Below are positions 48,116 to 57,951 of a DNA stretch of 64,000 bases, one piece after another. Where the stretch lies: assembly GCA_965207735.1 (NCBI GenBank), contig OZ242296.1, positions 2,848,001 to 2,912,000 of the forward strand. Direction: 5' to 3'. Under the pieces are notes generated by a model, which was given only the letters and a program-made list of their open reading frames with translations, did not search any database and was not told where the DNA came from. Within the stretch, counting starts at the first letter, position 1, and every line of letters starts with the position of its first letter. The position numbers and the translations under genes are program-made. The stretch comes from Candidatus Versatilivorator sp. GTDB taxonomy: Bacteria > Acidobacteriota > Terriglobia > Versatilivoradales > Versatilivoraceae.

Positions 48116-48165
48116 TATTTGTCTGCTGGCCAGCGATATTTTAGCCTTGGGACCTGCAGGCGAGC

Positions 48166-48933
48166 CTATTCGGGAGCTTTTCTTTGGCGCTTGATAGTCA
48201 GGGGAGTGGACTGGCCTGACTGCTTCCAGTGGCCCACGATCTCGGACCCGTCCGGGCTGAGGGTTCCTTCGAAGGCTGCGGGCGGCCTGTTGAGCCTGAG
48301 CCGAACGGAGTTGTCCGTGACCCTTATGTGGGAGAGCTTCAGCCCCATCGCCCCCTGGTCCAGGCTGTCGAGCGTCCCGCTGAAGCCCTCGGCCTGGTCA
48401 TGGTCGATCCTGAAGAGCAACCGCAAACTGATCTGCGCGACCTCCAGGCGACCGAACCAGATCCCGGCCAGACCCTCGCCCGGAACCCCTTCGATGGGTG
48501 GCGGTGGCGGCTTCGGGGCCGCGACCGTCGCCGGATCCACCTCACCGGTTCGTTCGAGCTTGAAGGGGAAGCGGCCGCCCCCCTGGCTAAAGGTACCAAA
48601 TAGCTGCCGGCCGTCTTTGGAGAGTTTTCCGTGGAATCGAGGAGTCCCGGGCACACCCTCCATTGAGAACGACGCCTTGCTCCCATCCACTTTTACGTTC
48701 GAGAGAAGGAAATCCGAGAGCCCCTGTACCGGAATGCTGATCTTGCCGGCCCAGACTTCCGCCGGGGTAGGGGCAAGATCGACGATAACTCCCAAGGCTT
48801 GACCGGGCGTCTCGATCGCTCCCTCCCAACGGCCCTGTCCCCGGGGGTTCGATTGCCGGGCATGAAGGGATCCGTCCAAAACCAGCAGCAGAAAGCAGAG
48901 ATAAAGCACCGGCGGCTTTGCAGCAGAGTTCAT
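48166..48933 (-). CDS. Exported hypothetical protein with two repeated beta domains
   Basis: Signal peptide; two G.W.G.....F.G.LS.DG..L/I.G...Q.G repeats. Confidence 0.75.
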   Translation of the reverse strand: MNSAAKPPVLYLCFLLLVLDGSLHARQSNPRGQGRWEGAIETPGQALGVIVDLAPTPAEVWAGKISIPVQGLSDFLLSNVKVDGSKASFSMEGVPGTPRFHGKLSKDGRQLFGTFSQGGGRFPFKLERTGEVDPATVAAPKPPPPPIEGVPGEGLAGIWFGRLEVAQISLRLLFRIDHDQAEGFSGTLDSLDQGAMGLKLSHIRVTDNSVRLRLNRPPAAFEGTLSPDGSEIVGHWKQSGQSTPLTIKRQRKAPE

Positions 48934-48951
48934 GGATGACGTTCCTCGCGC

Positions 48952-49389
48952 TCAGCTCCAGACGGCGATGACCACCGCCTGCCCCAGAAGGGAAACCGCG
49001 TTGAAGCCCAGGCTGAGCCAGAAGAGCCCCGCCTTGCGGCCCTCGTAGGCCCACGCCTGATAGAAAACCGGGAGAACGAAAGCGATCAGGGCCATCAGCG
49101 CCAGGTGGACCCCCACCATGGCGTTGCCGGCACCCCCGGTCATCGAGGAAACGCTCTCGGGTCCACCCATGCCGGCGAAGAGCTGGGCCAGGATGAAGGC
49201 GGTGACCAGCGCCAGCACGAAGCTGGCCCCGTGGGTCTTCAGGGGATTGAAGTTCTTCTGGATTTCCTCGGCGGTAGTCTCCATGAGTGCGAGCCACCGC
49301 TTGCCGAACAGCGGTCCGTACCAGAGGAAGCCGACAATCATGGGAACGATTCCGGCCACCAGTACCGCCAACAGGTTGACTTCATGCAT
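48952..49389 (-). CDS. DUF1761-like membrane protein
   Basis: NLLAVLVA..VGFLWYGPLFGKRW; GGAGG RBS. Confidence 0.8.
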   Translation of the reverse strand: MHEVNLLAVLVAGIVPMIVGFLWYGPLFGKRWLALMETTAEEIQKNFNPLKTHGASFVLALVTAFILAQLFAGMGGPESVSSMTGGAGNAMVGVHLALMALIAFVLPVFYQAWAYEGRKAGLFWLSLGFNAVSLLGQAVVIAVWS

Positions 49390-49564
49390 GATCCTGTCCT
49401 CCTTAATTAGTGGGAGATGTCTACGGACTGCAGGGGCAGTATAGATGATTCGGCAATCGCCTGCGCGTCCCTGCCCCGGTCGCATGAACAAGCGATGCCG
49501 GCTTCATTCCAGTGTCGGCTGCTGGTAGACTACGACCAACCACCCGGACCCGAGTTGACACACC

Positions 49565-50317
49565 ATGAACCGACAACTGAAAACCCTTCTTCCCTTGTGT
49601 CTGTTGTGGCTTCCGGCCTGCAAAGTCACGGTCACCGACAGCACTTCCCCGACCGATCCTCCCGAACGCGGGCCGCGCACCCAGCCGGGCGCCAGCATGG
49701 AGATCTATGCGCCCGAGCAGCACGACCTCTACGACGGCCGCTTCATCATCTCGGGAGCTCGCATCCATCAAGTGGGCACGCTGAACGATGAGAGCCCCTG
49801 GGACCACATGGGCAATGACGGTTCGAATCTTCGGTCCGTCGAGGGCACGGTCGAGCTCGATGTCGATGAGATCAACAATACGGGAACGTTCCGCGCCGAG
49901 CTCGAGCTTCCCGAGGGCAGCTATGTGATCAACCTGGAAGAATTCAAGGAATTCTCACCCTGCCAGGACGGCGGCATCGCGGCCTGGCTGTTCGAGCACG
50001 GCGATTCCGGCTGCGGGGATGCTTACTGGCCCAAGAGCATTCTCTACGTGGCCGGATGGGGTATCGGCTCCGCCACCTTGAACGGAAAATCGCTCTACCA
50101 GGACTACCAGATTCACTTCATGGTCACCCAGGGCATGCGGGATCGGAACCTGGTGGCTCACTATCCTCACCCCGGAAAAAAGTCCCAGGCCGGCGCCGTC
50201 AACCCGGCCCTCCAGCAGCTGGACTTCTACATCCGCAGTCCTGAAACCAACGACGCCAATATTCCCAACCGCGAAGTGTTCGACCACTTCTTCGCCATGG
50301 AAGTGACCTGGAAATAG
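49565..50317 (+). CDS. Hypothetical lipoprotein
   Basis: Lipobox-like LPAC, host-like codon usage. Confidence 0.75.
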   Translation: MNRQLKTLLPLCLLWLPACKVTVTDSTSPTDPPERGPRTQPGASMEIYAPEQHDLYDGRFIISGARIHQVGTLNDESPWDHMGNDGSNLRSVEGTVELDVDEINNTGTFRAELELPEGSYVINLEEFKEFSPCQDGGIAAWLFEHGDSGCGDAYWPKSILYVAGWGIGSATLNGKSLYQDYQIHFMVTQGMRDRNLVAHYPHPGKKSQAGAVNPALQQLDFYIRSPETNDANIPNREVFDHFFAMEVTWK

Positions 50318-50348
50318 CCGGGCGAGGTTGCGACCCTGGGCTGGGTCA

Positions 50349-52343
50349 GTAGAGTCGAGGGGAGGCGCGCCGGCCTTAGATCGAGGGAGTCGCTGTTGCC
50401 GGCGGCTTTCGCCACTCGCCGGTGCCTCAATCTCGTTCCTCGCTGCGTTTCCTCGCCCCCGCTCGTCAAACCGGACGTGCGGTTTTCCCGCATCCGGCTT
50501 TCAGTCAAGATCATGCCTTCGCCCTCGGAAGGCTCTGTGGCTTCGACCCCAGGCAAGTGAGTCCATAGGTTTTCCATAGTCTCTCGTCCGAGAAGCGCAC
50601 ACTCCCCCCGGTCCTCACCTTGTGCTTCCGACAGAGCCACTGACGCAGCCGCCCGCCCGCGTGGCGGTCGATCGCTCGGTAGGCCGGGCTCACCTGCCCC
50701 AGAACGAAGTAGTTCGCCCACCCGGTCATCGCCCGGTTCAGGTGTTCTACCATCTGTCCTCGAAGCAGCGTCCCGTTCCTCGGCGCCGTCCACTCGCTGA
50801 TCTTGCGGCAGATGCTCTGGACGCTCGCCTGGCTGGGTCGTGTGCCGATGTAGGCTCCTTTCCCTTTGGGGCGATAGTTGCGTCCGATGCGATATCCCAG
50901 AAACCCCATCGGTTCCTCCGGACACCGCAAGCATCGGGTCTTCCGCTCGTTGACCGGTAGCTTCAGCTCCTCCATGATCCGCTTGACCGCCGTCAGCATC
51001 TCTGCCGCCGGTGCCCTGCCGAGTACACGGAAGTCATCCGCATAGTTGACGATCTCCGCACAGAAGCGCCGGGCATATCCCAGCACCTTCCAGCCCAAAA
51101 CGAAGCGCCGCATGTAGAGATTGCTGAGCAACGGTGAGATCGGGGCTCCTTGCGGTGTCCCCTTCCGCTCCCGGCGCCCTCGGTTCCGGCGGCGTCTGCC
51201 ACCCTTCCCGTCGTCCTCCTCCACCGGCATCTCCAGCCATGCCTTGATGAGCTTGAGCATCCTCCCGTCACTCACGCGCCGGGCAATGCTTCGAATCAGC
51301 TCCGCATGCGGAATCTCGCCGAAGTAGTTGGACAGGTCGCCGTCAACCACCTCCTGGTAACCCCTTTGCAGGAGTTCATGCACGCGTTTGACCGCGTCGT
51401 TGGCACTCCGCCCCCGCCGATAGCCATATTGCTCCGGTTGCAGGTCCGCTTCGAAGATCGGCTCCAACACCAGCAAAGCCGCCGTCTGCGCTACCCGGTC
51501 CCGTATGCAGGGTATGCCCAAAGGCCGGAACTTGCCGGGCTGTTTCTTCGGGATCAGCACCTGCCGCACCGGCTTCGGTACGTAGGTTCCTTCCCTCAGG
51601 TCCCGCGCCAGTTCCCCCAGCCAGCCCTCCACCCCATACGCCTCGATGTCCTTGAAGCCCTCCCCGTCCACCCCGGCCGACCCGCCGTTTCGGCGTACCT
51701 GTGCCCAGGCTTCCTTCAGAAAGTCCTCTCGCCACACCTTGTCCGACAGCGCATGAAACCGCCGCTTGGGGTCCTCCTTCGCTTTCGCATGTAGCATGGT
51801 CTGGAATTTCCGAACCCCCTCTGACCCTGTTAGACTCTTGTCAGTGGCCACGCCTTGCCTCCTTTCCATGCTGCTCTCAACTCAGGGTCCCTTCCCTCCA
51901 CCGGCGTTACCCGGCTTCTCCGGTACTACCGACCCATCCGCCACCCTGACGGCCCGGCCTGCCCCTCGCGGGGTCCCGGTTGATGTGTGCCGCATCTCCC
52001 CCAGGGCTTCCCGTGTTGCTGCCTTCTTCCCCTTCCATGCGTGCCAGCGTCACTACCCCGACGGAAGCGGATCGGTGCCCGCGTCGCTCTCTTCCCCATC
52101 CGCCAACGGCCTTCCCCTAAAGACAGGAGGGTCGGCTTCCGTATTGTCCGTTTCGAGGCCTGCTCGACGTTCACTCGCGTTCCGGCCCGCATGCTCGCTG
52201 AGCCGCCCTTGGCGGCCCTTGACCCCAGAGTGCTTCAGACCATTTCGTTACCTCCATGATCCGCCCTGGCTGCTACCAACCGGAGCGACAGTTGTTGGGC
52301 GGGGTTCGCACCCGCCAGAAGAAGGCGCCTTTCCACGGCGCAC
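50349..52343 (-). mobile_element. Group II intron, copy 2 (1,995 bp)
   Basis: Matches copy 1 except one visible silent change (A4347 vs G51600); GTGCG and CTAC ends. Confidence 0.95.
50511..51869 (-). CDS. ltrA: Group II intron reverse transcriptase/maturase
   Basis: Protein identical to 3258-4616. Confidence 0.95.
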   Translation of the reverse strand: MERRQGVATDKSLTGSEGVRKFQTMLHAKAKEDPKRRFHALSDKVWREDFLKEAWAQVRRNGGSAGVDGEGFKDIEAYGVEGWLGELARDLREGTYVPKPVRQVLIPKKQPGKFRPLGIPCIRDRVAQTAALLVLEPIFEADLQPEQYGYRRGRSANDAVKRVHELLQRGYQEVVDGDLSNYFGEIPHAELIRSIARRVSDGRMLKLIKAWLEMPVEEDDGKGGRRRRNRGRRERKGTPQGAPISPLLSNLYMRRFVLGWKVLGYARRFCAEIVNYADDFRVLGRAPAAEMLTAVKRIMEELKLPVNERKTRCLRCPEEPMGFLGYRIGRNYRPKGKGAYIGTRPSQASVQSICRKISEWTAPRNGTLLRGQMVEHLNRAMTGWANYFVLGQVSPAYRAIDRHAGGRLRQWLCRKHKVRTGGSVRFSDERLWKTYGLTCLGSKPQSLPRAKA

Positions 52344-53180
52344 TGTCTTCTCGGCGATGATCCCGATCATCGGCGGCGCCGACAGGAACGTGCCCGGATC
52401 CCGTTCGCGAGCACGCCATTCGGCTTCGAAGGCGCATCGATCCGCCTCCGTCAACAAGCCGGCTTCGACCAGCCGCGGCACGTAGCCGAAGAAGAACTGC
52501 GTCGGCCAGTCCCAGAAGCTTGTGCCGGGTCTGATGAACCGTACGAGCGGAACCAGGTCGACCAGACGGCACCCGGACTTCACAACCATCCCCGGCAAAC
52601 GAGCGCCCACGTCCAGATCGCCGCCGGTGGGTTTCCAGCTTTCGCTAACCGCCGCCAGCACGCGATCGAACACCGGGCTCCGCGGCTGCAGGGTGGTGGC
52701 GCGGTAGTTCAGATAGTCCCAGATCACCAGGCGGCCGCCCGGGCGCAACCCTGACACGACCCGGTCGATGACCGGGGCGGGGTCCCGCAGAAAGCAGAAG
52801 ATCCAGCGAGCGAAGGCGCCGTCCAGCGAGGCGGGCTCCAGTTGCAACTCCTGGACCTTCTCCACCCGCGCCGTGAGCTGCTCTATCCCGAGACGGTCCG
52901 CTTCTCTGACCAGATAGGCGATGAAGCGCCGCGACTCGTCGACGGCGAGCACCCGGCCTTCGGGCCCGACCCGGGCCGCCAGTTCAAGAGCGGCGAAGCC
53001 CGGTCCACAGCCGAGATCCAGCAGCCGCGCACCCTTCTCAAACCCTGCGCGGCCCCAGAGGTCGTGGGCTGCCTCCGCCCACAAGCGGTGCTGCGTTTCG
53101 AGGCGCCGCCCTTCCTCCGGATCGGTGCCGAGCAGATAGGGATCCTCCGGTTTGCGGCGAGTATGCGTTTCAGGTCTCAT
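52344..53180 (-). CDS. Class I SAM-dependent methyltransferase; native stop TGA lies beyond the intron at 50346-50348
   Basis: LLDLGCGPG, LRPGGRL; exon join ATC GCC GAG AAG ACA | TGA. Confidence 0.9.
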
Positions 53181-53194
53181 GTGGTTTCTTTACA

Positions 53195-53295
53195 CGGATT
53201 TAATGCCGGCCCGGCCAAGATGTCGATCACCTCATCGATCGCCGTTCGGGATCTATCGATCAGTGCGACCGGAAGCAGTCCTACTGATTAGACGG
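53195..53295 (-). pseudogene. Possible IS256-family transposase N-terminal remnant
   Basis: GLLPVALIDRSRTAIDEVIDILAG resembles remembered IS256 N-termini; very short. Confidence 0.3.
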
Positions 53296-53461
53296 TTGAA
53301 CATCGAATATCAGGTGGATTCCTGACTGTAAGAACCAGCCAGCAGTTGAAGCTCGCAATACGGATTTCCCCCCTTGTGGTACGGGGAGAGGAGAGAAGTC
53401 GGCTAGGAGTCTGCGCCGCAGAAAACCCGGGCAGGGCTGAATGATACAATAACGGGCTTAG

Positions 53462-55545
53462 CCCATCTTTAACACGGCTTCCAAGTATACGTTTATTATC
53501 AACAGGTTACAAAAGGCTCAACGCGCAAGTGGCACTACAAACGCGTTGAAACCGGAGATTTTGGAGGAATCAGACGATCATCTTGCGGATCCCTCCAGGA
53601 GAGGGATCGATGCCCAGGGCGTCGTAGATGGCCCTCTGATCGGGTTCGGCCCGTGTGGCCTTGCGGACGTGCAAGGTCCGCCCGTCCTGACGCCGGAAGG
53701 TGACCGTGACCCGCTGCTGTCCTTCCAGGATGCGCCGCAGCGTGGTCCAACTGGAGGCCTCGCCGCGCTGCTTGAGGCGTTTGCGGATGACCTGCACCAG
53801 TTGATAGGCGATGACCGTCAGAAACAGGTGACCTTCCGAGCGCACCGGCTTGTGATGATAGATGGGCCGCAGGCCCAGCTCGGACTTCAGGGAGCGAAAC
53901 ACCGCTTCCACGTCGGTCAGAGTCGTGTAGGTACGCCAGAGACTTTCCTCGTCCCAGTCAGTCTGGTTGCTGCGCAGGCAGTAGACCCCCGGATGGGTGG
54001 CCATCGAGCCCTGGCGGGGACGGTGCTTCCATCTCAGCGCTGTCGCCTTGCGGCCGCTCTCGTCGGTGAGGACCTCGATGCTGTAGTGTTGCCCCACCCC
54101 GCGGCTCTGTTCCTTCAGCCGCCCGATCCTCTCCCGGACCTTCTCGACGCCTTTGTGAGTCCGCGGCCGGGAAAGCCCCTCGGAGAGTCGGGTGAGCCCC
54201 TGCTCGAAGCGCCGGCTGAAGCGCTCCACGATGCCCTTCTCCTTCTCAGCCCGCTGCTGTGAGCGGCAGTAGAGACGCACTTCCTGCCCGTCGTCGGAGA
54301 TCTCCTTGTGGAGCTGCAGCTCGGCCTTGGAAGCCGTCTCCACCGTCACGGCCGCCTCGGCATCGAACTGCCTCCGGCCCTGGCGGCTGGCCACCAGGTA
54401 GCGATACCCTTCCTCCCTCAACCACTGGATCCGGTCCTCGGTCGCCACCCCCCGATCCATCACCACCAAGGCTCCCCGGGGCGCCTCCAGCGCCTCCAGC
54501 ATCCCCTCCAGGGTGCGGGGCTCATCCACCCTACCGGCAAAGACCTCCGAGCGGCGCACAAACCCCGCCCCGTCCAGCACCAACCCCAGCGTCAGCAGCC
54601 GACAGTCGCTGCGCTTGTCCTTCGAGTGGCCCCGCTCGGCCTTGGGCTGATGGCTGGCCGCCCCTTCGAAGAAGGTGTTGGTCAGATCGAACAGGGTGAC
54701 GGTCGGCTCCAGATCGAACAACCCCATGGCCCGGGTGAAGAGGTGACGCTCGATGGCCTCCCGATGCTTCATCAGCGCGTCCGAGGCCCGATACATCTGC
54801 ATCAGACTCAGGCTCTCGAAGTCAACCTCCAGCAACTCGCCCAAGCCGCTGCGCCGCCTGAGCCAGCCCCAGGTGGCCCTCTCCGAGCCCGGTCGGGCCA
54901 GACGGCCTACCATGGCCCCCAACGCCGCTGCCCGCATCGGTCCGTTCAGCCCTAACTCGGTCAGCAGATCCCCCAGCCCCAACTGCTCCAGCGCCCAGCA
55001 ACCGACCTGCTCCACCCCCACGCTGCGCGGACGTGTCAAGGCCACCGAATCCACCTCGACCGTCTGCAGGTCCTCTGAGGCGGCCTCCCCGCCAACGCCG
55101 GTCACGTCGGCTTCGCCCTCAAGCAAGCGCTGGGCCATGCGTTGGGCTTCCTCCTCCAACGGGGTGGAAGCCACCGGCAAGAGAGGCAACTGACCGGTGA
55201 GGATCTGATCGAGACGGCGGCACAACAAGGGCCAGTCCTCACGGGGGATCGAGAAGTGTCGACCGAGGTTGAGGAGGGTCTGCTGGCGGACCTTGCCACT
55301 GACGCGATGGGAGCGGACGAGGCGGTGGGTGAAGTAGGTCTGTCCGGAATGGAGGCTGCGGGTCTGGGTGCGTCGGATGAACATGGGAGGGACGCTACCA
55401 GAGGAGAGAGAGGGGGTCAAGCCCATCCCATACGATTATGGCACTACATTCACCTCCTCAACCAAGAATCAACAACTTACGGGTGGTTTTAGGCTAAAAT
55501 GGGGGTAAAATACCTCAAATCGGCCGTTTCTTTGTTAAAGATGGG
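53462..55545 (-). mobile_element. IS1634-family element
   Basis: IRs CCCATCTTTAACA / TGTTAAAGATGGG, TTAG duplication, IHF-like sites in both ends. Confidence 0.9.
53570..55384 (-). CDS. IS1634-family DDE transposase
   Basis: MFIRRT..; LFDLTNTFFEG, GHSKDKRSD, VVMDRG, VEAVFRSLKSELGLRPIYH. Confidence 0.92.
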   Translation of the reverse strand: MFIRRTQTRSLHSGQTYFTHRLVRSHRVSGKVRQQTLLNLGRHFSIPREDWPLLCRRLDQILTGQLPLLPVASTPLEEEAQRMAQRLLEGEADVTGVGGEAASEDLQTVEVDSVALTRPRSVGVEQVGCWALEQLGLGDLLTELGLNGPMRAAALGAMVGRLARPGSERATWGWLRRRSGLGELLEVDFESLSLMQMYRASDALMKHREAIERHLFTRAMGLFDLEPTVTLFDLTNTFFEGAASHQPKAERGHSKDKRSDCRLLTLGLVLDGAGFVRRSEVFAGRVDEPRTLEGMLEALEAPRGALVVMDRGVATEDRIQWLREEGYRYLVASRQGRRQFDAEAAVTVETASKAELQLHKEISDDGQEVRLYCRSQQRAEKEKGIVERFSRRFEQGLTRLSEGLSRPRTHKGVEKVRERIGRLKEQSRGVGQHYSIEVLTDESGRKATALRWKHRPRQGSMATHPGVYCLRSNQTDWDEESLWRTYTTLTDVEAVFRSLKSELGLRPIYHHKPVRSEGHLFLTVIAYQLVQVIRKRLKQRGEASSWTTLRRILEGQQRVTVTFRRQDGRTLHVRKATRAEPDQRAIYDALGIDPSPGGIRKMIV

Positions 55546-55570
55546 TTAGAGACATCATAGGAGGTGGTGG

Positions 55571-56893
55571 ATGGGGACAAGGTTTCGCCCGTATCAGCCG
55601 AAGCAACTGTTGATGTTGCCGCCGGACCTGGGGGAGTGGGTACCGGAAGGGCACTTGGCCCATCAGGTGAGTGAGTTGGTGGATGGGCTGGAGTTGAGAG
55701 CGTTTTACCGGCCCTATGAAGAGGACGGGAGGCGCAACTCGCCCTACGAGCCGCGGATGATGGTGAAGGTGTTGATTTACGCCTATGCGACAGGGGTGTT
55801 CTCGTCGCGCAAGATCGCGAGGAAGCTGGAGGAAGACGTGGCGTTTCGGATGCTGGCGGCGGGGAACTTTCCGCAGCATCGGACGTTGTGCGAGTTTCGC
55901 CGCCGGCATTTGAAGGACTTCAAGCAGCTGTTCGTACAGGTGGTGAGCTTGGCGCGGGAGATGGGGATGGTGGGGTTGGGGCGATTGGGGATCGACGGGA
56001 CGAAGGTGCGGGCGAACGCGAGCCGGCGCAAGGCGATGAGCTATGGTCGGATGAAGGAGCGGGAGCGGCAACTGAAGGCAGAGATCCATGAGTTGTTGAA
56101 GAAGGCGCGGCGGGAGGACAGGGAGGAAGATGAGCGCTACGGGGAAGACCGGCGTGGGGATGAGTTGCCCGAGGAGTTGCGGCGGCGGGAGGACCGGCTG
56201 GCGGCGATCGAGGCGGCCAAGCAGCGGCTGGAGGCGGCCCAGCGGGAGGCCGATGAGGAGCGGGGGCGCAAACCGGGACAGGACCGCAACCCGAAAGCAC
56301 GACGGCCCTACAAGCGGGCCTACGGAGAACCGGAGGAGAAGGCGCAGAGTAATTTCACCGATCCGGAAAGCCGGATCATGAAGACTTCCACCGAGGGGTT
56401 CCAGCAATGCTACAACGCGCAGGTGGCGGTGGACGGAGAGCACCAGATCATTGTGGCCACCGAGGTAACGGCGCAGGCGAGCGATCAGGGGCAGATGATG
56501 GAGTTGCTGGAGGAGGTGGAGGAGAGCTTCCAGGAGATACCGAAACAGGTGCTGGCGGATGCGGGCTACTGCAATGAGGCGGACTTGCAGGCCCTGGAAG
56601 AGAGAGGAGTGGACGGTTATGTTGCGCTGGGGCGCGAGGGGAAGCGGGCGGTAGAGATCGATCCCAGGAAGCATCCGGCCAAGAGTCGTATGAGGAAGAA
56701 GCTGGCCAGCCTAGCCGGTCAGGTGGAGTATCGGCGGAGGAAGTGGATTGCCGAAGCCCCTCATGGGTGGATCAAGGAGGGGCTGGGATTCCGACGGTTC
56801 AGTCTGCGGGGCTTGCAATCAGTGCAGGGGGAGTGGGACTTGGTGTGTCTGGCCCTCAACATCAAGAGGATGAGTGCGTTGATGGCGGCCTGA
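55571..56893 (+). CDS. IS1182-family transposase
   Basis: LLMLPPDL..WVPEGHLA, FSSRKI, IDGTK, NFTDPESRIM, YNAQ, LADAGY, GFRRFSLRG. Confidence 0.92.
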   Translation: MGTRFRPYQPKQLLMLPPDLGEWVPEGHLAHQVSELVDGLELRAFYRPYEEDGRRNSPYEPRMMVKVLIYAYATGVFSSRKIARKLEEDVAFRMLAAGNFPQHRTLCEFRRRHLKDFKQLFVQVVSLAREMGMVGLGRLGIDGTKVRANASRRKAMSYGRMKERERQLKAEIHELLKKARREDREEDERYGEDRRGDELPEELRRREDRLAAIEAAKQRLEAAQREADEERGRKPGQDRNPKARRPYKRAYGEPEEKAQSNFTDPESRIMKTSTEGFQQCYNAQVAVDGEHQIIVATEVTAQASDQGQMMELLEEVEESFQEIPKQVLADAGYCNEADLQALEERGVDGYVALGREGKRAVEIDPRKHPAKSRMRKKLASLAGQVEYRRRKWIAEAPHGWIKEGLGFRRFSLRGLQSVQGEWDLVCLALNIKRMSALMAA

Positions 56894-57074
56894 AGCAAGG
56901 GATTTCCACCCAATACCCAGGGCCACGGAGGTCCTCAACCGCCCATTGTGGGAGCCCACAGGACGCTTGAGACTCTATCAACGCCCAAGTGGCTCCCAAG
57001 CACTCCTTGGAACCGGCCTTGCGCAGTAGCCTCTCGCTCTTGAACTTTCCGAAATCGTCCTGCGGCGCAGACTC

Positions 57075-57308
57075 CTAGGCGGCGGGGTCCCTGTGGCTGA
57101 AAAGAGCCTGATAGAGGGCGTCGATCCGGGAGTTGAGCCGGCCTTCCATGGCATCGATCCGGTTGTCTAAAGCATCGATGCGGCCGTTGGTTTCCTTGAT
57201 GTCTTGGCGCAGAATACGAAACAGGGATACCAGGAGGCCAGCCAGTATCCCCAACAGAGTGATGCCCGTTCCGATTACCGCGAGGATGATTTGGGCGGTG
57301 TCGCTCAT
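57075..57308 (-). CDS. Small membrane-anchored coiled-coil protein
   Basis: N-terminal TM helix then RIDAL heptads; its TAG stop lies in the CTAG target of IS1182. Confidence 0.7.
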   Translation of the reverse strand: MSDTAQIILAVIGTGITLLGILAGLLVSLFRILRQDIKETNGRIDALDNRIDAMEGRLNSRIDALYQALFSHRDPAA

Positions 57309-57431
57309 GCAGACAGTCTACCACAGCCATGCCTATCCCAATCTCGGATTCATGGCACGGCGACCGGTAGCACCTGGGATTCTAAATCGAGGCCGGGGAA
57401 GACCGGGAAATCGCTGCCGACCCGGCCCAGC

Positions 57432-57665
57432 TCATGGCTTTAGAGGGATCTGATCAGTCTGTGAATTCGGCTTCAAGCTGGTCGCCGGATATGAATCTCG
57501 CGATCTCTTCCGTATTGCGGCGATACTCGGCTTGAACCACTCTTCGCCTACCTCTTGCTTGTCACGTATCGATCGACCTCTCATTTGGAGCACATGATGG
57601 AAAATCGTATCCGTCTTTTCTGCGTCCCTCACAACGAGGTTTATAGGTGCTCCCAGCTTGCGTGT
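57432..57665 (-). pseudogene. Possible T5orf172/GIY-YIG-like gene remnant
   Basis: FHHVLQMRGRSIRDKQEVGEEWF; truncated near the MITE. Confidence 0.35.
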
Positions 57666-57671
57666 AGCGCC

Positions 57672-57787
57672 GGGGACGTTGCTGAATTGCTGGAATAACT
57701 TGTAAAGAGCGCGTAGGTGACGTTATTGAATCAAAGCAAATCAGGAGTGGCAGATCGTAGTTATTCCAGTAATTCAGCAACGTCCCC
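57672..57787. mobile_element. 116-bp MITE-like element with 29-bp terminal inverted repeats
   Basis: GGGGACGTTGCTGAATTGCTGGAATAACT ... AGTTATTCCAGTAATTCAGCAACGTCCCC (1 mismatch). Confidence 0.7.
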
Positions 57788-57951
57788 TATACCTCCACCA
57801 CGTCTCGGCTCGCACGGGGCAGTTCCGGAGCGGGGCATTTGGTAGAGACATCATGTATGCTAATCCGTACTTGGCGCGGAGATTACAGATCGATTTGTGC
57901 CGAAGTCTCGAATCATGTTGACAAGTCCGCATGTGCAGCGGACAATGATGC

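Larger units (their letters stand above)
53407..57074 (+). mobile_element. IS1182-family element interrupted by IS1634
   Basis: 15-bp IRs GAGTCTGCGCCGCAG / CTGCGGCGCAGACTC flanked by CTAG duplication (53403-53406, 57075-57078). Confidence 0.88.

Noticed and set aside
52248-52343. C-terminal 31 aa of the listed 310-aa methyltransferase
   Set aside because: Read-through into the intron 5' end; the native stop is at 50346-50348
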